This document shows, piece after piece, positions 34,037-47,500 of a DNA stretch of 64,000 bases. The notes beneath the pieces are model-generated. The model was not told the origin of the DNA, did not search any database, and saw only the letters and a list, made by a program, of their open reading frames with translations. This DNA comes from Kondoa subrosea (lineage: Eukaryota). The translations under genes and the position numbers were made by a program. The DNA lies in the NCBI GenBank assembly GCA_039545335.1, contig BCIN01000004.1:424925-488924 (forward strand), read 5' to 3'. The stretch's first letter is position 1; the number at the start of each line of letters is the position of its first letter.

Positions 34037-37000
34037 ATGGAGGTGAGCTCGACACGCTTGTTCAAGCAGCTTCTGCTCTTGCTAACACATGTGAGTCGTG
34101 TATTACAGGCCATTCTCGACTTCTGTATGATCTGCTCGTCAAAGGCCGCAGTCAGCGAGCTTATATTAGTCATTCTATCACAGCTCAAGATGTGGATGTT
34201 CCTCTCCTCGATCGTGTTATCAATGCCTTCTTTGCTGGTAGCGGTGCAGAGGTACGATATACAGCTATCTATCCCACGAAGTAGCTCAAATAGATTTGCA
34301 TTATACAGCAACAAGCAGCCCAAAAAGTCTTGACTCAATTTCAAGAGCATCCAGATGCATGGCAACGCGTGCCTAAGATACTCAGCGAATCATCCAACTC
34401 TCAAACCAAGTTCATTGCTCTGCAGGTATATCAAACTTCAATCGTCGAATTATACGGAATCGAGGTTTATTCATGTGAATGATAGATTATGGACAAGCTC
34501 ATCACTACACGATGGAAGGTCTTGCCTGAATCCGAAAGGATGGGGGTAAGGAACTTTATCGTGGAGCTCATCATCTCAATTACAGGAGAAGAAGCGAATT
34601 TGAAGCGAGAGAAGAGTTATATCAATAAATTGAACATGATTTTAGTGCAGGTACGACGCGTAGTTTTTGTTACTTTGTCGAGAGCTGACAAGTACTCGTT
34701 TGTATAGATTCTCAAGCAAGAATGGCCTCGTTTGTTCTTTAGATTTGTTTGACTGAATATGTGCTGATGTTCAGCTCGGATCAGATAATTGGCCCGAGTT
34801 TATACCGGAGATCATCTCTGCATCGAAGAATAACCTCGCATTATGTGAAAACAACATGGTAATCCGTAATTTACCAATCTGTTGTTTTACCTCAAGATCT
34901 GACGAATCTGCTTTCGTTGACTAGTAAAGCTGCTCAGTGAAGAAATCTTTGACTTCTCCAGCGAATCGATGAGTAAGTCTTGTTGAATGGACCATCTCGA
35001 TTCACCTTCTCATTATCTACAGCAACGGCAAAGACCAAGAACCTCAAGAATACCATGTGCGGCCAATTCTCAGAGGTCTACGAGCTTTGTCATTCAGTTC
35101 TCGCTGGAGCAACCAAACCAAGTCTTATCAAAGCAACACTTGATACCCTTTTGCGTTTCTTGAAGTAATGTGCTTACTCTATTGAAACCCTGTACCCGCT
35201 CACCACGTGTATTCAGTTGGATTCCCCTCGGATACATCTTCGAAACCGACCTCATTGATTTCCTAGTCACCAGAGTCAGCTTTCCCTTCAATCAATCGCT
35301 ATGGTGTTGATTTTTTGTCGGGGTCTGTGACAGTTCCTAGAAGTACCGGAATTTCGAAACGTTACCCTTCGATGCTTAGGCGAGATTGGCGCTCTTCAAA
35401 TTGGCCCAGAATACAATGGGAAATTTGTCGTTTTGTTCAACATGGTTCTCACCTGCATCAACCGCATGGTCCCGCCTAGCACCGATATCAGAGATGTTTA
35501 TGCCAATTCTAGCGATACTGATCAGGAATTAGTACTCAATTTGGCTCTCTTCTTATCCAACTTCCTTTCTGCTCATCTGAAGCTCCTTGAAAATGACCAG
35601 AACAAAGATGTCTTACTGAATGCACACCTCTACCTGGTCAAGATTAGTCAGGTAGAAGAAAGAGAAGTGTTCAAAGTGAGGAGTCTGGCCGATTTGCAAT
35701 GTAGCTTGCTCAGAATAGTGTCGGTGTTCTTCACAGATCTGCTTAGAGTACTGGTCCAGTCTCGTCTCCTCTCTTTATGAAGAACAGCAAGCTCTACCGC
35801 TAGCTGAAAACCCTCTTCTCGCTCTCAACCTGTCCGGCAATGGCCCTTCGAGCGCAATGGCCAGTCTAGCATCTTCAGCTAATCTTCGAAAGAACATATA
35901 CGTTGAGGTGTTGAGCAACTTGAGACTGGTCATGATTGAACGCATGGTGAAGCCGGAAGAAGTGCTGGTAGTCGAGAATGACGAAGGAGAAATCGTTCGA
36001 GAGTTTAGTGAGTTTAGATCTATTCTTGTGGCCTGCTGTCACTGATGGATGATCAAAATTCACAGTGAAAGAAAGTGACACGATCGTCCTTTACAAGAGT
36101 ATGCGTGAAGTTCTAGTCTATCTTACTCATCTCGACGTGCAAGACACGGAAAGCATCATGACCGAGAAACTATCCAAGCAGGTCGATGGAAGTGAATGGT
36201 CTTGGGCAAATTGTAATACTTTGTGCTGGGCTATCGGGTCAATTTCCGGTGCAATGAGTGAGTTAAATGATTGGTCGCATCAGACATTGTTGATGTTCCT
36301 CTCTTTCGGTTCACAGACGAGGACACGGAGAAACGGTTCTTGGTTACTGTCATCAAAGAATTGCTCAGTCTAACGGAAATGAAGCGAGGCAAGGACAACA
36401 AAGCTGTCGTAGCTTCCAACATCGTAGGTCCGAATGCTCTTAGCTCAGCCGCTGTCTGACGATTGCTTCAGATGTACATTGTTGGTCAATATCCTCGCTT
36501 CTTGAAAGCGCACTGGAAGTTCTTGGTAAGTTTTTGAATGTTGCCGAGAGCGTTTTCTAATATCGTGATACTAGAAAACCGTTGTCAACAAACTCTTCGA
36601 ATTCATGCATGAGACACACGAGGGTGTACAAGACATGGCTTGCGATACTTTCATCAAGATTGCTCAGAAGTGTAGGCGTCATTTCGTTCTGCAACAGTCG
36701 GGAGAATCGGAACCTTTCGTCGACGAGATCTTGCGCAACTTGCACCGCATCACTATCGACTTGTCACCTTTGCAAACTCATGTCTTTTTCGAGGCTATTG
36801 GTCACATGATCGCCGCTCAACCGAACAAGTCAGTTCAAGAAAGGCTGATTGGCAAACTCATGGAGATGCCTAATCAAGCTGTGAGTTTCGATGCTACTTC
36901 TTATTCAACTTTATTCTAAGCTGTAATGTTCACAGTGGGATGCTATGATGGCTCAAGCCGCTTCGAATGTCGATGTCTTGTCCAACCCAGATAACATCAA

Positions 37001-38481
37001 GATCCTCTCAAACGTGCTCAAGACTAATGTCTCCGCTTGTACATCAATTGGCAGCTTCTTCTTCCCTCAGATTGGTCGCATCTATATGGAGATGCTTGGT
37101 CTTTACAAAGCTGTCAGCGGATTGATCAATCAAACTATTGCCGATCAAGGTCTTATCGCCACGAAAACACCTAAAGTCAGAGGATTGCGTACTATTAAGA
37201 AGGAGATTTTGAAGCTGGTCGAAATCTACGTCCGCAAAGCCGAAGATACTGAACAAATCAACCGAGACCTGATCCCTCATCTACTTGAAGCTGTTCTTGG
37301 CGATTATCTGCAAAACATCGCACCAGCAAGAGATGCGGAAGTCCTCAATGTCATGGCTACTGTTGTTTCGAGACTTGGTTCGCTGCTTACCGAACAAGTT
37401 CCTGCTATTCTCGCAGCTGTCTTTGAATGCACTCTGTTGATGATCAATCAAGGTGAGGACAATCCAATTACATTGAACGCGACTGATACTGCGCAATAGA
37501 CTTTACCGAATACCCTGAGCATCGAGTTGGCTTCTATCGATTGCTCAAGCAGATCAATTCGCTTTGTTTCCCAGGTAAATTCACCTTCGTATGCTGTCCG
37601 GAGATACTGATCTTGTTTCAGCTCTTCTTGCTCTGGAAGCACCTCAATTCAAGCTGGTCATTGATAGTCTACTGTGGGGAATCAAGCACAGTTAGTCGCT
37701 CTCTATACGAAGTTGGCAAATTGTTGATGGTCCTGCTCAGCTATGCGCGATATTGCAGATACCAGTCTCAGCATCTGCTTGGAAATGATCAACAATATCA
37801 CCAGCTCGGATCCGGCTGTTGCTGCAGGCTTCTTCCAGCAGTACTTTTTGGGCATTCTGCAAGACGTCTTCTTCGTTCTCACTGACAGCGAACATAAGAG
37901 TGGTAAGGTGTAGTAATGGTGTGCATATTTTGTGCTCAGCATATTGTCACCTACAGGTTTCAAGGGTCAAAGCACTTTGTTGGGTCGCATGTTCTTCCTC
38001 GTCGAAAACAATCACATTCAAGCACCTTTGTGGGATCCTGCAACCGTCACTGATCCATCAATGACCAACCCGAAATATATTCGTCAATATTGTTGCGACT
38101 TGCTGCGCAATGCTTTCCCCCATGTACCTTTGTGAGTCCTCCGTTACCTCTGCAAGCTTTAAATGATTAATTTCTACAATTAGTGCATCTGTTCAAACCT
38201 TTGTCAATGGCTGCTGCGAACTCAACCAAGATCCTGTCCGATTCAAGTTGTGCTTGAAAGATTGGCTCATCATTATTCGCGCCATTGAACCGGATGTAGA
38301 TGCGGCGGAAGAAGAAGCTGCTCAATTGAAAGCACAGAAAGAGGCTGAAGCGAAAGCCAAAGCGGTTGCTGTACCTGGTCTGTTGTCTCGTCTTCTCTTC
38401 TTTCGGGCGCGTTTCTCATGCGATTTACTTGCAGGTATTCTCAAACCTGCTGAGATTACTGCAGAAGACGAGGAGCTATGA
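34037..38481 (+). CDS. CRM1: Exportin-1 (Crm1/Xpo1)
   Basis: [131 protein letters not shown]. Confidence 0.97.
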
Positions 38482-38725
38482 GGAACTATACCTTAAACGA
38501 CAAAGAAGAGAGGATTCTGTGTATAGCTTTTTACAAGAGGAGAGAAGTTGAAGTTAGCAAGAGATTGAACGTGAAACTTTGCATTGCGTAAGTTTTATGT
38601 TGGAAGTAGTACCCATGCATGGAATATATTTAGTTGGATAATGCTTCCGCTTTGACGCATCTCAGTGAGATACTCCAGCGAGATTGTTTATTGCGCGGTC
38701 GACCACTTACGGCACAAACTGAAAG

Positions 38726-40493
38726 ATGGAAGATATGAATATGGTATGAAAGCCGGAGTCTTGATCCCGCACAGCTAATGATGGAACATTGCAGGAATAC
38801 AAAAGCGAGTTGCAGAAAGAGGTCATGTTTTGTCGGAAGCTGATGTTGAGCACATAGGCGCGCTGCTCAAGCTCATGAAAGAGGATCCTTCGAACAAGCT
38901 GGTATGCTCCTGATCTACAATCGTCTGCCCGCGCTGAAACCTGTGTCTGTAGTGCTTTGATTGTGATGTGAGTTTGGTCAATGCAGGTTGTCTTATAGCT
39001 CATCTATTCACCTCCGATAGGCGCCTCAACCGCAATGGTGCTCTTTAAGCCATGGGTAGGTGTGCTCTTCCCCGTCCCCCGATTTAGCTGACCATAAATC
39101 TCAAAGAACCTATATCTGCCTCGAGCGAGTTCCGTCTTACCATCTTTGGCTGGCGCTCATGGCTGTGTCCTTAGTTGCTCTGGAAAACATCGTGGACTCG
39201 GAGTACATATCAGCTACGTCCGTAGTCTGACAATGGACAAGTATATGCATTTGTCCCAGGTTGTAATCTCTTGCTGACAGTTTGCGCTTCAGGTTCACTG
39301 AAGTGCAAGTGAAGAAGATGCAAGCTGGAGGTAACAAGAAATGTCGAGACTTCTTTGAGCAGTCTGGCAAATACCGTAGATCTATGTCAATACCAGAAGT
39401 GTACAATCAGCAGTACGTCAATCATGCGGCAGTGGCTGAGATCTCACTGACGACTTGTTCAGCTTCGCAGCACAATATAGAGACAGTACGTTTCTAGCTT
39501 TGAGCTGGTCCAATCCACGCTCACGTTGGCTCTAGAACTCTCAGCGGAAGTCGAAGGCAGAGAATGGGATCCTTCTCAAACGCCCGACACAACAGAAGCA
39601 GTTCCGACTTCAGCAGGGCTAAGGAAACCTCGAGCAGGTATACAAAGAGGACCTTCACCTGTAGCTGGACGATCTGGTAGCAGCAGTCCTGCAACACCGC
39701 AAGAAGCTGCAAATCCTTTCGCGTCAAACAAAGCTGTTGTGGATCAGCAATATTTCAGTGGGTTAGGTCAAGCGAATGCTGCGAGACCTGAAGGATTAGC
39801 GCCATCTCAAGGTGGAAGGTAAGTTCACTTGTAGAATGTGTTCAAGACATCTAGCTCAGAGTAAATCGCAGGTACGCTGGATTTGGTAGTCAAGGCTCTT
39901 TCAATCCATCGGCTTCTACATCTTCTCGAGCTGTTCCGTCATTGGATGAACTAAAATCAGATCCAGTTTCCGCTTTGTCAAAAGGTTGGGGTCTATTTGC
40001 TACAACTTTAGGTCAAGCAGGAGCCCAGATCAACGAATCTGTTATTCAACCCGGACTAGCTAAAACTGCTGATCCAGCATTACAAGGTCAATTATCTTCT
40101 TACTGGGCAACTGCATCCAAAACTTTAGGCAATGTGACGAAAACTGCTGCTGCTGGCTTAGCTCAAGGAATGCATGCTGGTTCTGAAATAGCGAAAAGGG
40201 ATCTAGGTGTTGATGTAGGCGATATGGGAGCAGGTTATGTGGAAAGGATAGCAAGAGGAAACACCACTTCAGGATATTCGGCAATTGGATCAGCTCAAGC
40301 TTTGGACAGACAAGAAGCTGGTGAAGAACATGATTTCTTCAGCTCTCATATGACTCCTTCCTCTTCTACGGAAACGTCAAGTCAATATGGATCTAACAAT
40401 GCCGCAACTGGGTTCAAACCGTATTCTGATACTGCTCGAGCTAAACCTATACCGTCGAAGAAGAATGATGATGAGGGTTGGGCGGATTTCTAG
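38726..40493 (+). CDS. GCS1: ArfGAP1/Gcs1-type ADP-ribosylation factor GTPase-activating protein
   Basis: NKLCFDCDAPQPQW..TYICLDCSGKHRGLGVHISYVRSLTMDKFT, PSQGGRYAGFGS, ALSKGWGLF, C-terminal DDEGWADF. Two GC-AG introns. Confidence 0.92.
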
Positions 40494-41163
40494 AGGCGTT
40501 ATATCGCCGGGATGCAGGGCTTCAATTTGAATAGAATAGTACAGGTTACAAAGCTCCTTTCAATGCGAATAGCATTTCGAATTTTCCTCGTCTCGTCTCT
40601 TTCCTTGCCTGTGAGTGTTGGCTCGCGTCATTTCAATGCAGTCATCAGCTATCGTCATCGTGCACGAAGTGCAGCAACCATGCCTCTATTCCTCTTCTGC
40701 ATGAATATTTCTGTCCATACCTCTTCTCTCGTTCTTCACTTTCACATATCAAAGGAAGCTCTTTCCTTAAGGCGCAGGGATTGAGGCGTCATTACATGGC
40801 AATACACATTCGAAGAGATTTGATCTTCTTTGAATGTGGAAACCTTGATGAAGTCGCAGCATACTTTATTGTATCTGTTTTACAAGTGAGTTGTCCTTCT
40901 CCCATATCTCTTTGCACGTATGATGCTGATGAGAAATTATAGTCCTTGGTTGAGTCATAACTGGAGCAAGAAAGAAGTTTAGTCAAGCGTTAGCCTACAT
41001 TGGAGAGCATGATCCCGTCAAAAGGAGATTTAAAAAAATTGTGCTTTTACCAGCTGCGTTTTATACAGACCCTCCTATGCAAATGCAAATGAATACTCTT
41101 CTCATCTAACCATTTTGACTACGACCAAGTGCCATTGTATATCATGTGATCCTATCCGCTGCA

Positions 41164-42089
41164 TTATGCTTTTCGTTCCTGCTTTTGGGCTTTAGCTTGT
41201 TTTTCTTTCAACTTCCTTTCTTGATCTTCCCTGTGTATCAATTTTTAGTACTAGCTTACTGCATGAGTCCCAAGACATACTTCTGCTTCTTCCGATCAGC
41301 AATATCCTTCAATTTCTTCGCTGCTGAAGCTTTGGAAGCTGCTTCTCTCTGCGCTGTTTGCGCTGCTTTCACTTTAGCTGCATTATCGTTGACCACAAGA
41401 AGAAGATCTGTCCGAATCGAATCTCAATCTTACAACTAAGATGATCGAAAGTGAAAAAGAACGGACCATCAGGTAAAGCTTCTTTCTTTTTCTTCTTCCC
41501 TTGTTGTCGTTGCATAGGTTGTGCCGCATCAGGAGAAGGCAAAATATCTTCATCTTCCAGAAGATCTCCATATTGCTGTGTATTTAGCCTCATCAATAAC
41601 AGCACTGTAAGATCGACAAGAGCAGACGTACTTGTAGTAGTCGAGCTTTAGAAGCTTCATCCAGTCCTTTCTTAGTAGATTCCGGTGTGGATACATCGCT
41701 CTTTAACGCAGCTGCTTTCCCTGTTCATATTGTTCAGCAACAAAGATAAGAGGAGGAGATAGCTGACTCTTCTCTTCCGCAGCTTGTTCTTTCTGCCGTA
41801 TGACCACATTCGCTCGTTCTTTCTCTGCCCAAATCAAGATTTCTTGCATACGATCTATACTACACACAGAGCACTCATGAGTACACAATACGCCGTCACA
41901 TCCACGTGCAGGAAAGGGATCCACAGCACCTTGATCAATAGAGTCTATATCTTCCACAAAACACATGAGTGCGGAAGACCGATTTTCATCCTCAGTTTCC
42001 TCTGGATCTAGTAGGACAGTGGATAGATAGGGATATTGATCAGTGTCTGCTATGCCTAGGCGTTGTAACAGCAGCGCCAGATCATCCAT
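41164..42089 (-). CDS. CCDC43-like coiled-coil protein
   Basis: N-terminal LQRLGI..YPYLSTVLLDPEETEDE, KARLLQQYG, NDNAAKVKAAQTAQREAASKAS...DRKKQK..AQKQERKA*. Confidence 0.7.
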
Positions 42090-42357
42090 TTTGCGTATGT
42101 AAGTTGAGAATGGTGGAAACAAGTGAAGTCAACAAATATTAAGTAATGCAACATGGACGAGCAAGAGAAACGAAGAGGCTACAAGTGATTCAATGCATAA
42201 TGCTATATAATATACAAAACGATAGTAAATTGTGATTGAGAATTCCATATGGTAACGATTCATCATGCAGTGCCGGCGGAAAAGACGACCTGTCGTTCTT
42301 CCTCTTCTCTTCTTCTTCGACCCACGTAAAGCTGTCTCTTCTTTCTTCTTCAATTGA

Positions 42358-44360
42358 TCAATCTTCTTCTTTGCTTTCAGCAACACGACCTCTCGCGACC
42401 CATTCAGCACTGTGAAATACAATGATTCATTAACTCAAACTTGAAATGAGAAACCGTTCACTCACTACTCGTCAATCATGACAGGGAAAGCAGCTTCCTG
42501 AGAGAATCCAACAAGAGGTTTCCCTTCGCTTTCAGGACCAAAAGAAACTTCTTGAACGAATTCATAGACTTGAGTCCAAGTATCTTTATTGACACCTTTG
42601 TCTGTGAATTTGAGTCATAGCTTAGCTTAATAAGCAAGTACACAAGACAAAGCTCACGTTTTGTGTTGTCCTGTAGATTGAATCAAGCGGAGCTAAGCGA
42701 AGTCGCGTATCCCTCTTTTTTCAACCTACCTTGAGATAGGTGACGAAATCAGCTGCTACACTCTGTCTCGGAGCAAGAGCAATTTCCCAAAGAGCCAAAG
42801 CGAACTAAACTCTTTCGTCAGCTCGTAATCTTTTACTTGATCGAGAGACGAAAAACTCACTTCAATAGGCATGGACTTTTGACCTTCTTCCAAGCAGAAA
42901 GGGTACAACCAAGTGTAGAATTCATCAAAAGAAGAAGTTTCCACATCTTTAATCATAGCTCGTAGGAAATTGCGAAGTTTGGGAGCGGAATCGACTCTGT
43001 CAAATCATCATCTAAGCTTAGCTATTCATGTAGCATAGAAGCAAGCAATATGACTGACAATGGATGTTGAAGTTCCATGAACTCAGACTTGTCCAATTTA
43101 CCCATAGTTTTAGCTTTCAAATTGAAGGGAAGAACAAAAGGTCCGATCTGGACGAGATTGTCGAAGATCAGCATTCGAAACAGCAGATCTAACAATTCCT
43201 ACGCACACCATCCATGGGGATGTTTGCAGCAGTAAAGAGCTTTTCTAAACCTTCTCCGTCAATACTTTTCGGGTTTTCTGGATCTGTCATTCCCAAAGCA
43301 ATGACAAGTAAGCTTCTTCTTCACTACTTGAGAGACACACAAATCGAATATCAAAGAATAAGAGGAGTGTATCATGACTCTGATGAACCAAAACGATTCC
43401 CATACGAGAATGATCAAATCAGAAAATGAAAAAGGATTGCTCCTTTCCCAGATTCGTCATTGACTTCTTCTCGACTGATAGGAAAAGGGTTGTCTGAGGT
43501 TGATTTGGAAAGTTGATCTGGCTACTTCATGAAATAGGAAATGTTAACGTGGTAGTTGAGATTTCGAAAGAAAACTCGTCGCTCAGTTCCAGAGTGTTAG
43601 AGAGCCGTTATAAAAGGACAAAAAGAGAAGAGAAAGTGTGTGACAGAAGGGAAGAAGAAGCTTACCGGCATACTTCTTGTAAAAAGCTTCAAGTTTCTTC
43701 ATGGAGAAAGCAGAGTTGTCCTCTTCTTCTCGGACTGGTTCTGGCTTTGGCTCTGGCTCGGGTTCTGGTTCGAAGACAGGTGTATCAGCTTCAGGAGTAG
43801 CCTTTCGCTCAATTCAGCTCGCGATCAAATAGTCCCTGCATATGTCGAACTCACATCGATGACTAGAACCTCTTCCTCTTCAACCTTCTTCTTCTTAGAC
43901 TTAGCCGGAGCTTTCTTCTTTGGAGCAGCTCTAGCCTTTGAAGTCTTCTTCGCAGCAGCAGGTGCAGCAGGCTCAGCGTGATCTTCGCTGTCGTCAATTT
44001 CCACAACAGCCTTAGTACTCTTGGAGCTCTTGTTGCTAGAAGTAGATGAACCCATGCTTGACTTTTTGGCTTTCTTCTGAGGTGGAGCCTCTTCTTCGAG
44101 CTCAGACAAATCAGAATCATCCACGGTCTGTGCTGATTTTTTGCTCGCAGCAGCTTTTTTCGCTTTCGAGGCTGGTTTAGCAGCGACTTTAGAAGTAGAG
44201 GCTACAGGAGCAGAGTCCTCTTCATCGACTACGGTAGAAGCAACTTTGGAAGAGCGTGTATTTCTTGTCGAAGGCTCAGCTGCTGCCTTGCGCTCTGTCG
44301 TACAGTAACAATCAGCCTCGTAGAAGCATTGTAGGGACAGGATAACTCACTCGGGGGCAT
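42358..44360 (-). CDS. DCN1-like cullin neddylation factor (PONY/cullin-binding domain) with a K/S/A/E-rich N-terminal extension
   Basis: IDGEGLEKLFTAANIPMDG, LKAKTMGKL, FDEFYTWLYPFCLEEGQKSM, KGVNKDTWTQVYEF, EAAFPVMIDEYAEW. Confidence 0.85.
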
Positions 44361-44578
44361 AACTTGAATTTGACACTTTGGTACGAGGACAACTTGGAGC
44401 CAGCGCATTTCGAGAACCTGGAAATGATGAAGAGGCGAAACCTTGGCAAAACTACTTTGAAGGAATGGGCATGCAATCAATGCATTACAACATGACATCT
44501 AAACTTCTTCCTCAAATCATACAACCCATGAAAGAATGATATTTTGACTTCAACCCAAAAAGAAACCTCAATCCTTCG

Positions 44579-47500
44579 TCATTGATCTTTACTGTAATGA
44601 TAGCTGATGATATCGCTGAGATTCCGAAGTGATAATGGCTTGACATAGTACGCTATTCGTGCGGACGTCAATCAGACCGCATGTAGTAAACTTTCAAAGT
44701 AAGAAACGCACCATCTGCGCCAGCTGATTCTGCTTGCAGCTTGTCCTCATCCAATGAGAGACCAGAGACCACCATGATCAATGCTGGTGGTATCGCATTT
44801 TCTTTCTCGTATGCCCTTATCCGTCTTGTTGCTTCAAAGCCGTCCATTACAGGCATCTGTGTTTCTGCTGTTAGGCTTATAGAAAGCATTGTCTGCTTCA
44901 AAACGTACTTCAAGATCCATCACTGCGCAATGAAAGTCAGAGCTAATTGGAAGCCGAACAAGGGTATCGCGACTTACTGATCATAGTCATCGGTTCTTGT
45001 TTCTCCCAGCTCGCTTTGTAAGCATCAACAGCCTCTTGACCATTCTCTGCAGCAGCGAATGGATATTTCTGCCGCTGACAGAACATCCTTAGTACTTTGA
45101 GTGGAATAGCATTATCGTCGACGAGTAACTTTTGACAGACATTGAGTATGTAAGCTATCCAGAGGTGGAATTTGAACAGACTTACCATTCTCAATGTTGA
45201 AAGCGGACGTTTTCGATCCTTGTGTGTTCGCCGCGCTTGATGGTCATTTTTGATTTCCTTCAAGCTAGAATCTGGCAATTCTTTCTGTCTTGTTTTGAAT
45301 GCTAGTCTTGCTTGATCTATGGCTTCTAGTAACCTTTCGCGATCTGCCAGTAAAAAGGCGAAGATATCAGCCAAAGCGAAGAAGTCTTTCCTGCACAGGA
45401 GTAAAAGCATACGTATTGTTTGCGGCACCAGAATAAATTGCCAGCTTTTCAGGTGGTTAGATGAAACGATGCTATCAAAAGCTTCTTGTTCTGCTTGAGA
45501 AGTGATGATGCAGAGAACGATCTCATGAGGTTTGATGTCACTTAAAATTTCTTTCTGCCATTGCAGATCTGTAATTGGTCGGAGAACTGTAAGAGTAGCT
45601 CTACATGCAACAAGTGTTAACAAATAGCAAGATAGCTCCACATTCCGAAAGCTTACTCGTGGCGATCTGTCTGCTTGAAGCCAATCTTCTCCAGCGATTT
45701 GCAAAGGTAAGTGAGAGCAACTACACATATCAGACAGACATCAGAACATGCTCCGACCATCAAGTGTAATTACATACGAGTTTCGAGCTGCCGATAGCCT
45801 GATATTCATACCACATGAGTAATCAAACTGCGCAGAGAGAACAGCAAAGTAGTTACCTGGTTGCCAATATGATAGCGGGATCTCTGTTTTGTAGTCGTTC
45901 AATATCTTGACAAATTCCTGTTCAGCACTGCAAGCTGTTGAAGCAGTAGTCAGGAAAGCCAATGGTGATCATGCTGGAAACGTACCCAATGCAGCCTGAT
46001 TGAAGGTCAATCTAAAGTGACTGCCTACTCCGAGTGCACTTGAGATCAAGGTGACTTCTCCAGCAAGAGCGGCAGCTAGTCTTGAGCTGATTGCCAAACC
46101 CAAACCACTATGTTGACTGAAGCGCGAGACTTTTTGAAAGGGTTGGAAAACTCGTTCCCAGTCTTCTTCAGCAATACCTGCAAAGGGAAGTGAGATCACA
46201 TAGCCACAGAGAGACCGGAAAGACGCACCGATACCCGAATCTTGTATATCATATACTAGCTCGTGCTCGTTATCTGGACTGCTGACCGACTGCGACCAAG
46301 AATGTGAGTCATTTTTTGGTCAAAGAGATATCAGGAAACAGACTCACGATGACCACAGACCCGTTCTCGGTATAGTCCAAAGCATTTGTAATCAAGGCTC
46401 CCAGACATTGCTTAAATCTTGTTGGATCTGTACATATCGCTTTGAAGAGGAACATAATGAGCGCTTGAGCAACTGAGAGAAGCCTTGAACACACTATCTA
46501 ACTCAATATCGAGGCAGTCGTCCTATAGTCGCTAGTCAGCAGATGTACACATTGAATGGCCAACAACTCACAAAGATGATTTCCAAGCGATTCAGCTTAT
46601 CCTGATCCGTGCTTGATGCTACCTGAGCAAAAACGTCCCGCTCAAGATCTGCAAGCTTGCAGATTTCTTTTCTTGGTTTGATTTCGGAAAGGTCCTGAAG
46701 CAAGTCGAAATCTATCAAATGATTGATTGAGGTTGTAAGGAATTCCCCAGCTTCATCAACCATATTCAACAAGGAATCCATTCTTGTCCCTCTTTGAGAT
46801 CGATCTACATGTGCTTCCGGTGCGCTTTCACACACTCGCTTGATTTCTTCCCGCAGTAATTCGCTAGAAGAAAGAATGCCATGCAGAGGTGTTCGTAATT
46901 GATGTTGTACTCCACGAATGAAGTGAGTTTTTGCAGCTCGTAGTATCCTAAGCGATTCTTCTTGAATCATGCCCGAAACCAGTCTTGAAACAGCAAGAAG
47001 CATATTGTAGTCGGTAGTGTCAAAGACAGTCTTGAGGTTACTGGTTTGGACGCAAAGGTAGCGTTCACCGTCAGCGAAAGCGATTTTGGCCGCAACGGCA
47101 CGATAACTCTGCTCGGTACCAACAGGATTTGTAGGATCCAGATGATTGTAGAGCTTGAGTTGGTTCTCGATGCCTTCCACATCTGACCAAATACCATCAA
47201 CGAATTCGTCCAATTTGACTTGCTTGCCGATCAAATTCAAGCTTCGATGTCGAGCTTCTAACACGGAAACATGGGTATGTGGAAACATCTTCTTCAGAGT
47301 CATAACCGATTGATCGAATATATTATCGTAAGTTGCGTCTTTCGCAAGATCGTTGATGGCTTCCATCATTCTTCCTTGGGCGTTCTGACGGTTGTCGAAA
47401 GCTTTTGCAATGATATCTGCGAGCAGAACCGATGCGAGGTGATGAAGTGTTGCCAACGTTGCCTTGGAAGGCCCCTTTGGCTGAACAGTCTTGGACGCAA

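Noticed and set aside
43381..43480. TGATGA...CTGA pair resembling a C/D snoRNA
   Set aside because: It lies on the strand opposite the host intron, with no evident terminal stem or recognisable rRNA guide.
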